A stretch of 63,676 nucleotides of DNA, counting the filler, from Sphacelaria rigidula (taxonomy: Eukaryota), in the NCBI GenBank assembly GCA_964200075.2. It is 4 parts of 4 records of this genome, joined end to end, with 100 filler letters (N's around TTAATTAATTAA, not from the genome) between each part and the next. Parts side by side here need not be neighbours in the genome. Positions count along the whole stretch, not along the records: positions 15,948 to 31,793 come from CAXNAA020001571.1; positions 31,894 to 47,738 come from CAXNAA020001572.1; 2 more parts are not named here. One strand, 5' to 3'. A program made the position numbers and the translations under genes. This document shows, piece after piece, positions 29,101 through 40,700 of the stretch. Position 1 is the first letter of the stretch. Each line of letters begins with the position of its first letter. A model generated the notes under the pieces. It saw only the letters and a program-made list of their open reading frames with translations, was not told where the DNA came from and made no database searches.

Positions 29101-31109
29101 AAGACGTCAACAGCAACAATGGCGATGGCCTCGATTGGCTCACCCAAGTCGCTTCCGGGTCGAAATCGAACAAACCGAAAGAGCCAGCGGCACCCGCCTC
29201 CCCGCGTGATCCGCCAGCAGCAAGCGGGGCAAATATAGCTAACGCTAGTTGCGAAGAAGATGGTATTATCACGCCGGGCGAACGTGTGGAAGGTCTGGAG
29301 TGGCTGTCGGCAGCAGCGTCGGTCAGGAGCAAGGGCGCAAAATCTACCGAACAGCGGAAGCGATCTTCTGCTCGCGCTGGTACAAAGATGAGTGCTCCAG
29401 GCGGATGGCTCCTTGCTGCTCTCGGCACATCCAACGCCCCTTCCAACGGCGTGTCGAGCGAAGCTGGCGAAGCTGGCGAAGCTGGCGAAGCAAGCACTGG
29501 CGCGCGCGATTCGAAACAATCCAATCCTCGACAGGGTAAAAAGACGTCTCCAAGAACAGCAGTCAGCAGAGCCACTGTGCCTAATAAGAGATCGAGCGCG
29601 AGCAAATCTGGTGGTTGGCTTGCCACCGCAGTTACACTCGGTCGCCTCGGAGTTCCTGGCGCCGAAAACGACGGGGAGGATGCCGATCGTCTCGAGGGTT
29701 CAAGTTCGCTTCTCACAGTGGAGATGGCAACACAAACGGAAGAGGACTGTGGAAAGGCCATCGAACCGGTCAGTCGTGATACCGGGGGAAAGCTGCCTCC
29801 ATGGGCTAAGCCCTGGACACCCCCTGTTGTCGAGGTCATGGAGGTTGCTCCTCCTTCCCATGGCAACACGAAGTCGTCAGTTGTGGATGAACGGCCGCAA
29901 GTGGACGCGAGCTCGAGTCGCGGGTTAGATTGGATGCATGAGGCCGTCAAAAATGCACGTGTAATGACACGCGAAGGTGATGGGTGAAGCATGAGTGTAG
30001 GGTCTTGCCGGGCCCGAATCTGAAGTGTCAACGGCAGCGGAAAATGTTACATAAATGCAGCGAACCTGCAACCCAGCGTCTACTCAGTCGTGCAGGGTGC
30101 CCGGTTCTTCGTCACACGTTCAAGTTTTAATAATTCTAGATGCTAACCTCACCGCTGTGGACAGCACGATTTTTCTACTTGCACTGATGTTCTCTCGCTC
30201 GACAGATTCGCCTCAGTACCTCTACTAAAGTTGTTGACGTACTCGACGTAACGGAAACGGCCCCTTCGTTTGCTGTAGGTGTGCACACAGATCGCGACAC
30301 GAGAAGTAGCGACGTGGATGACGATGCGAAGCGAGGAAAGAACGAAGGGCAGAGCTGGCTTCCTAGTGCAAACCCCGCAGAAGAAAACTCCTCCACCCCG
30401 GACGACATTCTCGCCGCTGCTCTAGCCGGGCGACCCATGACGACCGCTCGAATAGGCGGTCCGGGGATCATCTCAACATCAGAGGCGGCGCCCGACTGGC
30501 TAGCGGAAGCGTTGTCTGGTGAAAAAAAGAGTCGAGGTGCGAATCAATTGGTCTCAGCGTTGGCAACGAAAAGGCCTTCCCGAAAACAATCATCCGGGGG
30601 GGGGTGGCTAATGTCCGGCGCACTCATGCTGTCCACTGATGGTAGTAAGGATCAAGACATTGCGAAAGACGTGAAGAAGACCAAAGGTACGACCGATCGA
30701 AGACACCGAGATGACAAGGACGCAGGGGAAGCGGCCGCCCCGGGTATGACTCCAGACGTAAGGGGTGGTTGGCTGACCCTCGCAGCCACATCCGGGCATT
30801 TCGGCGTGCCAGGTGCAGATGATAGTGAAGGAGACCATTCCAGTGATTGCGAAGTTGAAGATGTGGGCATAACAGTTGAAACTCAGACAGACGAGAATAT
30901 CGGAGAAGCTGGCAAATCGGCCACCAGTAGTACAGCAGGAAAGTCCACGGGGAAGCTCCCTCCATGGGCCAAGCCATGGACACCTCCCCCGCTGCTGGAT
31001 AACGAGCGGCCGCTTGTTGTTGCGGAGGCGCCGCACGAGACAACCGCCGCGCCGGCGGCTGCAAGTATCGAATGGATAAACGGGACCGTGAACAAGTCAC
31101 CAACGCAAG
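17102..31109 (+). CDS. Large low-complexity modular repeat protein, partial (~1,900 aa). Exons: 17102-17627, 17820-18551, 19005-19212, 19630-19990, 20326-20755, 20940-21683, 22039-22207, 22890-23220, 28018-28540, 29058-29960 (or -29976), 30206 (or 30279)-31109
   Basis: All exons are AG/GT-bounded with compatible phases (2-0-0-1-2 cycle). Recurring motifs: RR[PS]SL[GS]GG[ALM]P[PA]WAP, G[LI]DWL, GGW, [EA]TQT[ED], LPPWAKPW[TV]PP, LSWMSKMKRRSS. No family recognised. Confidence 0.85.
23750..26570 (-). mobile_element. Old, internally deleted Ty1/Copia LTR retrotransposon in an intron
   Basis: Diverged direct repeats at ~23750-24070 and ~26245-26570. The minus strand has a Copia RNase H end (PITIRKDNEGGMK...SRRTRHTSVKHHTVRHTIKQGKTRVMYVDT...YADI) at ~24220-24410. 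Boundaries are approximate. Confidence 0.75.
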
Positions 31110-31793
31110 GTGTGATGGTTCACCACTGTGCGCTGATTGTGCTGCAGCTTCACTGAAGTCTTTGTACTGTATATATATTGCTGGGTAACACAATCGTGGA
31201 ACAAATGCAAATGCAACAAGAAGTAGGGTTGTTCGCGGGTTGGAATATCTAGAGCCCTCCCCCGTAGAGGAGGTATCAACGTTTGGGCATCCAATAATCG
31301 AAAACCGACGAAGTACTTTGGTATCTCGGTTGACGAGTGTTTCACGCATCCTTGCGTAGGACACGCGTCTTGTTCTTCTTTCAGTTGGTACGACTGGTTC
31401 GATTAAATGCCGACAAAACAAAATCATTGCCACATGAGCAACTCCAGCCGCCGTCATGATGCTTAGCCAGGCGCGCGACAGCTTGCGCTTATGGGTAACA
31501 GACCGACGGGGCTACCTGGCAATCTGCATCCAGTTCCGACGGTGCAGATTTTGAAGATGAACTAGCGTACTACGGCACTTACATCTTCATAAGCTTCGGG
31601 AGGTTGGGGTGTCAATGTGCGTGTCAGGGGTGATTTCCATCGACTGGTGCACCTCGAGATTCTGAAAAATAACTTCACGCACTCAAGGGCCGCAAATCGC
31701 TCTGGAAAACACCCCCCCCCCCCCACCCCCCCCACCCCCCCCCCCCCCCCCCCCCCCCCACCCCCCCCCCTCCCCTCCCCCCCTCCCCCCACC

Positions 31794-31893
31794 NNNNNNN
31801 NNNNNNNNNNNNNNNNNNNNNNNNNNNNNNNNNNNNNTTAATTAATTAANNNNNNNNNNNNNNNNNNNNNNNNNNNNNNNNNNNNNNNNNNNN
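31794..31893. other. Artificial contig spacer
   Basis: Same 100-nt N/TTAATTAATTAA block. Confidence 0.97.
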
Positions 31894-34674
31894 CGCTGAC
31901 GGCTTGCCTTACCCCTATTCTCAATCGTATCGAAGATTCTCAATCTCACGAAAACATTGTTCATTATGGAATGCGGTGTAACGAAATAATATATTGTTCT
32001 GCCAGCCATGTAATCAGATATTTCCATCCCCACTTGAGGCCCCCGGTGTAATCTTAGAGAACACCTAGCTTGAGATACCTCCAGTGATGAAGCGTCACGG
32101 TAAACAAAGTACCCGAGATGCATGTAGACTTATACCCGCATCTGCACATGGCGTCCAGTGGGGTGGGTGTCGATAATATGTACACGTGCCCATCATTCCC
32201 CACAAGTCCATGGCAGAAATGCATATCGGCGGGAACAGTGTTACCAGCGATGGATACGGATAGGGATTTTTTGAATTCCATATTATTGACTGGATATCGA
32301 CTCTAGCTCTTGTCTGCATTCTTCGGGTTTGCACATGTCGGACCCAGTCAGCAGTGCATTCCGACGCTTGATGCCTCATCCATCAGCACCACCCATTATG
32401 AAATGCCGTGAATACTGAAGAATATTTTGTTCTACCATCCTTGTAACCAGATATTTCCATCCCCACATGAGGCCGAGAAAACGTAGTTTGGATAAATGTA
32501 TATATATATACCATATAGCTCCACAAAAAAAAAAATGCCCTCACAACAACAAAAAACTCCCCGAGATGCAGACTCATATCTGCATCTGCACATGGGGAAC
32601 CGACAGGGTGGGTGCCGATAGTATACACATGTCCCTATCATCCCCCAGAGGTCCGTGGCCTTACATACGCAGGATCAACATGCAAGGCGTGTACCGGGGA
32701 GAGGTGGGCTAATCGCTCGAGACCGCGGACTGATCAAGCGGAAGAGGGGGGGGGTTGGAACTGGGACAAAATAGTGTGAAAGTGGGGTACAACACAAGGT
32801 GTGCTGATAACGTGGTAGCTCTTTAAACACAGGTTGCAATAAGTGATGCCCCTGCGACAAGTATACCTTCGATGGGGTAACACTGGATATCGACGAAGTC
32901 CCTTTGTTCTAGACGGACCGTTGTCCTCGGGAACGGCGATCAATGACTAACACATAATTCTGGTGCCTTGCCAATGCCATCAGTCACCATACGTCGATAT
33001 CAGTCCCAGTCCGCCTTGGTCATCATGAAAATAGACTATCGTGTCTGATTTTCTCGTATGTGGTCGTCTACCGCAGTGTGCATTGACGGAACCCTTTTAA
33101 ATTGTATTGGCATGGACCATGCATTTTGATGAAATAGTGCAAAATCCATCGCTACCGGCCATATCTATGGACATGTCAAACTCTTTTGTCCTCGGCCATG
33201 TATATCGATAGATCTCGATTCTATCAATACCAGAGCTATCGTTGCAGCAATTAACCATGGAAATATTCACGGGGACTGATGGGGATGCGAACCCCTCACG
33301 GAAATGTCTCGGCTCTTCCTGACAGTTTAAAACAAGTGACACACACTACCGCAGGCACACACACTGCCGCAGGCGCATTCCTCATGGCTGCACTGATGAT
33401 TGAGATGCCCACCCTGGGGGCGACTATAGACAAGGCCGAATTGAAACAGGGAGTACAACAACATGGTACAAAAACAGTACAAGTAGTACACTACAGTGCA
33501 CGAGCTGTGTGGTACAGTGCAACAGTGCATTCATGTCTCATTTCTCCCACCACCGCTTTCCTTCCCTTTTTCACTGGCGCTAAATGTGGTTGTATGGAGC
33601 CAAACAACAGGGTGAGCAGGATCTCTCTCTCTCCGTGCATTCCTACCTATTTCCCCCATTATCCGTGGGTAATACCGTGGAAAAAATCACAAACAATCTA
33701 GCTATGCACGTGAACCCTTGAGCCTCCACAGTGGGCAATCTGGGTACCGATCAGTTCGGTATTATCACCACACTACAGCTTCATGACGGCGCGAATATGA
33801 TGCACAGGCGAAAAGCCGCATGTGGCGGAAAAATGGACTTTACATAACGTGAAAACAGAAGAAAACGGGACGGTAATCATGGTGTAGTCTGTTCCGGTAC
33901 AGTCCCCAGAGCGTTTGAATACATACGCGACAGCATTTTCCCGTTCATATTCTCTCGGAATGCATCACACACGGACACATGACGCGACGAAAAACGTTAC
34001 TCCGGCTTGGACCTCTCCTCCCTTCTTGCTTCCCCCCTCCCGTTTACGTGCTGTATTTCATTTGCTCTTGTCGGGGACGATATGATGTTGAGGTGAGTCC
34101 ATCGATGAGTCGACTGGATCAGAGACAACCTAGTCGACCACGAGTGCGATTCAAGCGATTATATGTTGTGACCCCGCTTACCGGGGACATCCCACGTTCG
34201 GCACACCAGACGGCAATAAGTATTCTTGTAGATTTCAGGGGGAGTTGAAATAGTTGAGGAAAAACGTACTCATCTTGTAGTATATGTGTATGGCACCTGA
34301 ACACAAAGTTCGTTTCGCCGCACGATTTGCTCGTCTTGGTGATGTAGTGTTCAATCAAGTGTATCCACCTGAAACGGAGCGAACAACGAGGAGTCGTGTG
34401 TCCCCTTCCACGCGCGGGTGGCTCTCCAGTGACATTGGCGTAGTAAACGAACTCACGAGCGTCAGCTGCATGTACCAGAGATGATTGACCTCAGATTCCG
34501 TTCATTTCAAGGAGTGTCGTACCCAGGACATCACGCGGCGGCGCGGACTCCGCGACTTGGCCGGTGTATCTGTATGCGGCCTGTGCATCTTGGTAGGTTG
34601 GCCACGTCTTGTAGATCACTCGTAGCTAACGTGTCGTCTCTGCTCTGCTGGTCGCCTTTCCTCGACACCACAAG

Positions 34675-34746
34675 GATCCTGTCCGGGAACGATCTTACGA
34701 CCCTGCCGGTGGGGATCTTCGAGGGTCTCACGGCTCTGGAAACGCT
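34675..34746 (+). CDS. LRR exon 1: ILSGNDLTTLPVGIFEGLTALETL
   Basis: caag|72 nt|gtgagt, with CTAAC branch point upstream. Matches the 24-aa typical-class LRR consensus. Confidence 0.9.
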
Positions 34747-37700
34747 GTGAGTAGCAGTACAACACGCTTGTGGGTAGGTCGCGTTCCCGCATTGACTCAC
34801 CCTGCGCCAGGCAACAGAGTTCGTGAGGGTACTCTCGGTCTGCTGAGATATCGGTGCATTGCGCTCGATGTTGCGCTTCGGGTCAAAATCGTGACATCAG
34901 CAGTGGTTCAGCAGTGCTGGGCAGCGGATTACTATACACCAAGCGATACGACTAAAGAAGGCGGTAGGACCTGGTACTGTCATCTTGGCTCCATTGCTTC
35001 AATAGGCTGTAGAGGTGGTACGCAGTGGCACTCGCGAACCGATGGTCGTCAGATACCATCCTTGGACAGTCCTCGGGGCCATGAGGCCTTGATATGCTAC
35101 TTGTGGAACGCCAGGGACGGTTGCATTTTGTTTTGGAAGAAACCGCGTACCTTCGAGACCACCCCAAGGGTTCATTATTCGTCATGCCTCCCTCTCTCGT
35201 CTAGGCGTGGGGGCAACATCAACACTATCGAGGTGTATGTCGTGTAAAGTATGCCATTGTGTCTCAATACATGTTCAAAGGTGTGCGAGGTAGATGGAAA
35301 GATCAGGACGGGTACCCCAAACACCCGAGGTGTTTGGCTGTCGGGAACTGTTGGCCGAGGTGGCGTCGTCTTCGTATGTCGGGGTTCTTCTCCACCTTCG
35401 GGAACGCGCCCAAAAGTCGTTTTCCTCGTCACACGTTCCCTTGCACGCGCGGGTGGCTCTCCAGTGACATTGGCGTAGTATGGGAACTCACGAGCGTCAG
35501 CTGCATGTACTCGAGATGATTGACCTAAAAAAACGTTCATTTCCACGAGTGTCGTACCCAGGACATCACGCGGCGGCGCGGACTCCGCGACTTGGCCGGT
35601 GTATCCGCATGCGGCCTGTGCATCTTGGTAGGTTGGCCACGTCTCGTCGATCACTCCTATCTAACGTGTCGTCTCTGCTCTGCTCGTCGCTTCCCTCGAC
35701 ACCACGAGGTACTTGTCCGGGAACGATCTCACGACCCTTCCGGTGGGGATCTTCGAGGGTCTCACGGCTCTGGAAACGCTGTGAGTAGCAGTACGACACG
35801 CTCGTGGGTAGGTCGCGTTTCCGCATTAACCCCGCCCGCGCTGGGGAACAGAGTTCGTGAGAGTACTCTCGGTCTGCTGATATATTCGCGTACTCGCTGT
35901 CGCGTTTCAGGTCAATTTCGTGACATCAGCAGTGGTTCAGCAGTGCTGGGCAGCGGATCACCATACGCGAAGCGATACAAGTGTAGAAGTCGGTAGGGTT
36001 TGGTACTGTCATGTTGACGCCATTGCTTTAATGGGCTGTAGAGGTGGTACGCAGTGACACTCCCGAACCGATGGTCGTCAGATACCATCCTTGGACAGTC
36101 CTCGGGGCCATGAGACCCGTGTATGCTACTTGTGAAACGCCAGGGGTGGTTGCATTTCGTTCTCGAAAAAACCGCGTACCTTCGAGAACACCCCAAGGGT
36201 TCACTATTCGTCATGCCTTCCTCTCTCGTCTAGGCGTGGGGGCAACATCAACACTATCGAGGTGTCTGTCGTGTAAAGTATGCTATTATGTCTCAATACA
36301 TGGTCAAAGGTGTGCGAGGTAGATGGGAAGATCAGGACGGGTACCCCAAACACCCGAGGTGTTTTGCTGTCGGGAACTGTTGGCCGAGGTGGCGTCGTCT
36401 TCGTATGTGGGGGTTCTTTTCCACCTGGGAGAACGCGCCTAAAAGTCGTTTCTCTCGTCACATGTCTCCTTGCACCCGCGGGTGGCTCTCCAGTGACATT
36501 GGCGTAGTATGGGAACTCACGAGCGTCAGCTGTATGTACTAGAGATGATTGACCTCAAAATACGTTCATTTCCAGGAGTGTCGTACCCAGGACATCACGC
36601 GGCGGCGTGGACTCCGCGACTTCGCCGTTGTATCTGTATGCGGCCTGTGCATCTTGGTGGGTTGGCCACGTCTCGTAGATCACCCCCATCTAACGTGTCG
36701 TCTCCGCTCTGCTCGTCGCTTCCCTCGACACCTCAAGGTACCTGTCCGGGAACAATCTCACGACCCTTCCGGTGGGGATCTTCGAGGGTCTCACGGCTCT
36801 GGAACACCTGTGAGTAGCAGTACAACACGCTTGTGGGTAGGTCGCGTTTCCGCATTAAGCCCGCCCGCGCTGGGGAACAGAGTTCGTGAGAGTACTCTCG
36901 GTCTGCTGATATATTCGCGTACTCGCTGTCGCGTCTGGTCAATTTCGTGACATCAGCAGTGGTTCAGCAGTGCTGGGCAGTGGATCACCATACGCGAAGC
37001 GATACGACTGTAGGAGGCGATAGGACCTGGTACTGTCATGTTGGCCCCATTGCTCTAATGGGCTGTAGAGGTGGTACGCAGTGGCACTCGCGAACCGATG
37101 GTCGTCAGATACCATCCTTGGACAGTCCTCGTGGCCATGAGACCCGTGTATGCTACTTGTGATACGCCAGGGGCGGTTGCATTTTGTTCTCGAAAAACCG
37201 CGTACCTTCGAGACCACCCCAAGGGTTCATTATTCGTCATGCCTTCCTCTCTCGTCTAGGCGTGGGGGCAACATCAACACTATCGAGGTGTCTGTCGTGT
37301 AAAGTATGCCATATTGTTTCGTTACATGGTCAAAGGTGTGCGAGGTAGATGGGAAGATCAGCACGGGTACCCCAAACACCCGAGGTGTTCTGCTGTCGGG
37401 AACTGCTGGCCGAGGTGGCGTCGTGTTTGTTGTGGAGGTTCTTCTCCACCTGGGAGAACGCGCCTAAAAGTCGTTTTCCTCGTCACACGTTCCCTTGCAC
37501 GCGCGGGTGGCTCTCCAGTGACATTGGCGTAGTATGGGAACTCACGAGCGTCAGCTGTATGTACTAGAGGAGATAGTCCACAGATTCCGATTTTTTCCAC
37601 GAGTGTCGTACCCAGGACATCACGCGGCGGCGAGGACTCCGCGACTTCGCCGTTGTATCTGTATGCGGCCTGTGCATCTTGGTGGGTTGTCCACGCCGCG

Positions 37701-40700
37701 TAGATCACTCCTAGCTAACGTGTCGTCCCTGCTTTGCTCGTCGCCGTTTCGACACCACAAGGTACCTGTCCGGGAACAATCTCACCACCGTGCAGGTTAG
37801 GATCTTCGAGGGTCTCACGGCTCTGGAAACGCTGTGAGTAGCAGTACAACACGCCTGTGGGTAGGTCGCGGTTTCGCATTAAGCCCGCCCGTGCTAGGCA
37901 ACAGAGTTCGTGAGGGTACTCTCGGTCTGCTGAGATATCGGTGCATCGCACTCGCTGTCGCGTCTCGGGACAATATCGTGACATCAGCAGTGGTTCAGCA
38001 GTGCTGGGCAGCGGATCACCATACGCAAAGCGATACGACTGTAGAAGGCGATAGTACTTGGTACTGTCATGTTGGTCCCATTGCTTTAATGGGCTGTAGA
38101 GGTGGCACGCAGTGGCACTCGCGAACCGATGGTCGTCAGATACCATCCTTGGACAGTCCTCGGGGCCATGAGACCCGTTTAGACTACTTGTGGAACACGA
38201 CGGGCGGTTGCGTTTTGTTTTCGAAGAAACCGCGTACCTTCGAGAACACCCCAAGGGTTCACTATTCGTCATGCCTTCCTCTCTCGTCTAGGCGTGGGGG
38301 CAACATCAACACTATCGAGGTGTCTGTCGTGTAAAGTATGCCGAATTGTTTCGATACACGGTCCGAGGGGTGCGAGGTAGATTGAAAAATCAGCACGGGT
38401 ACCCCAAACACCCGAGGTGTTTTGCTGTCGGAAACTGTTGGCCGAGGTGGCGTCGTGTTTGTGGTGGACGTTCTTCTCCACCTTTGAGAACGCGCCTAAC
38501 AGTCGTTTTTCTCGTCACATGTCCCCTTGCACCCGCGGGTGGCTCTCCAGTGACATTGGCGTAGTATGGGAACTCACGAGCGTCAGCTGTATGTACTAAA
38601 GATGATTGACCACAGATTCCGTTTTTTTTCAGGTGTGTCGTACCCAGGATATCGCGCGGCGGCGCGGACTCCGCGACTTCGCCGGTGTAGCTGTATGCGG
38701 CCTGTGCATCTTGGTGGGTTGACCACGCCTCGTAGATCACTCCCAGCTAACGTGTCGTCTCTGCTCTGCTCGTCGCCTTCCCTCGACACCACAAGGTCCT
38801 TGTCCTACAACGAACTCACGACCCTGCCGGTGGGGATCTTCGAGGGTCTCACGGCTCTGGAACACCTGTGAGTAGCAGTACAACATGCTTGTGGGTAGGT
38901 CGCATTTCCGCATTGATTCGGCCCGCTCTAGGCAACAGAGTTCGTGAGGGTACTCTCGGTCTGCTGAGATATCGGTGCATCGCACTCGATGTTGCGTCTC
39001 TGGACAATATCGTGACATCAGCAGTGGTTCAGCAGTGCTGGGCAGTGGATCACCATACGCGAAGCGATACGACTATAGAAGGCGGCAGGACCTGGTACTG
39101 TCATGTTGACGCCATTGCTCTAATGGGCTGTAGAGGCGGTACGCAGTGACACTCCCGAACCGATGGTCGTCAGATACCATCCTTGGACAGTCCTCGGGGC
39201 CATGAGGCCTTGATATGCTACTTGTGAAACGCAAGGGCGGTTGCATTTTGTTCTCGAAGAAACCGCGTACCTTCGAGACCACCCCAAGGGTTCACTATTC
39301 GTCATGCCTTCCTCTCTCGTCTAGGCGTGGGGGCAACATCAACACTATCGAGGTGTCTGTCGTGTAAAGTATGCCATTGTGTCCCGAAACATGGTCAAAG
39401 GTGTGCGAGGTAGATGGGAAGATCAGGACGGGTACTCCAAACACCCGAGGTGTTTTGCTGTCGGGAACTGCTGACCGAGGTGATGTCGTGTTTGTTGTGG
39501 AGGTTCTTCTCCACCTTCGAGAACGCGCCGAGATGTCATTCACCTAGTCACATGTTCCCTTGCACGCGCGGGTGGCTCTCCAGTGACATTGGCGTTGCAT
39601 GGGAACTCACGAGCGTCAGCTGTATGCACTAAAGATGATAGTCCACAGATTCCGTTGTTTTCCAGGAATGTCGTACCCAGGACATCACGCGGCGGCGAGG
39701 ACTCCGCGACTTAGCCGATGTATCCGTATGCCGCCTGTGCATCTTGGTAGGTTGGCCACGTCTCGTAGATCACTCCTAGCTAACGTGTCGTCTCCGCTTT
39801 GCTCGTCGCCTTCCCTCGACGCCACAAGGTCCTTGTCCTACAACGAACTCACGACCCTGCCGGTGGGGATCTTCGAGGGTCTCACGGCTCTGGAACACCT
39901 GTGAGTAGCAGTACGACACGCTTGTGGGTAGGTCGCGTTTCCGCGGTAACCCCGCCCGCGCAGGGAACAGAGATCGTGAGGGTACTCTCGGTCTGCTGAG
40001 ATATCGGTGCCTATCGTGTAAAGGATGTGATTGTGGCCCGATACACGGTCGAAGGTGTGCGAGGTAAATTGAAAAATCAGCACGGGTACCTCAAACACCG
40101 GAGGTGTTTTGCTGTCGGGAACTGTTGGCCGAGGTGGCGTCGTGATTGTTGTGGACGTTCTTCTCCACCTTCGAGAACGCGCCGAAAAGTCGTTTCTCTC
40201 GTCACATGTTCCCTCGCACGCGCGGGTGGCTCTCCAGTGACACTGGCGTAGTATGGGAACTCACGAGCGTCAGCTGTATGTACTAGAGATGATTGACCAC
40301 AGATTCCGTTTGTTTCCAGGAGCGTCAAGAGTTCATTATCCGTCATGCCTTCCTCTCTCGTCTAGGCGTGGGGGCAACATCAACACTACCGAGGTGTCTG
40401 TTGTGTAAAGTATGCTATTATGTCTCGATACGTGGTCCGAGGTGTGCGAGGAAAATTGGAAGATCAGGACGGGTACCCCAAACACCCGAGGTGTTTTGCT
40501 GTCGATAACTGTTGGCCGAGGTGGCGTCGTCTTCGTATGTGGAGGTTCTTCTCCACCTGGGAGAACGCGCCGAGATGTCGTTTTTCTCGTCACATGTCCC
40601 CTTTCACGCGCGGGTGGCTCTCCAGTGACATTGGCGTAGTGTGGCAACTCACGAGCGTCAGCTGTATGTACTAGGGATGATTGACCACAGATTCCGTTGA

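Noticed and set aside
34082-34092. ATGATGTTGAG|gtgagt as the start exon of the LRR gene
   Set aside because: Phase-compatible with LRR exon 1 but only 11 nt with no signal peptide. It may be the end of a damaged exon, and support is too thin.
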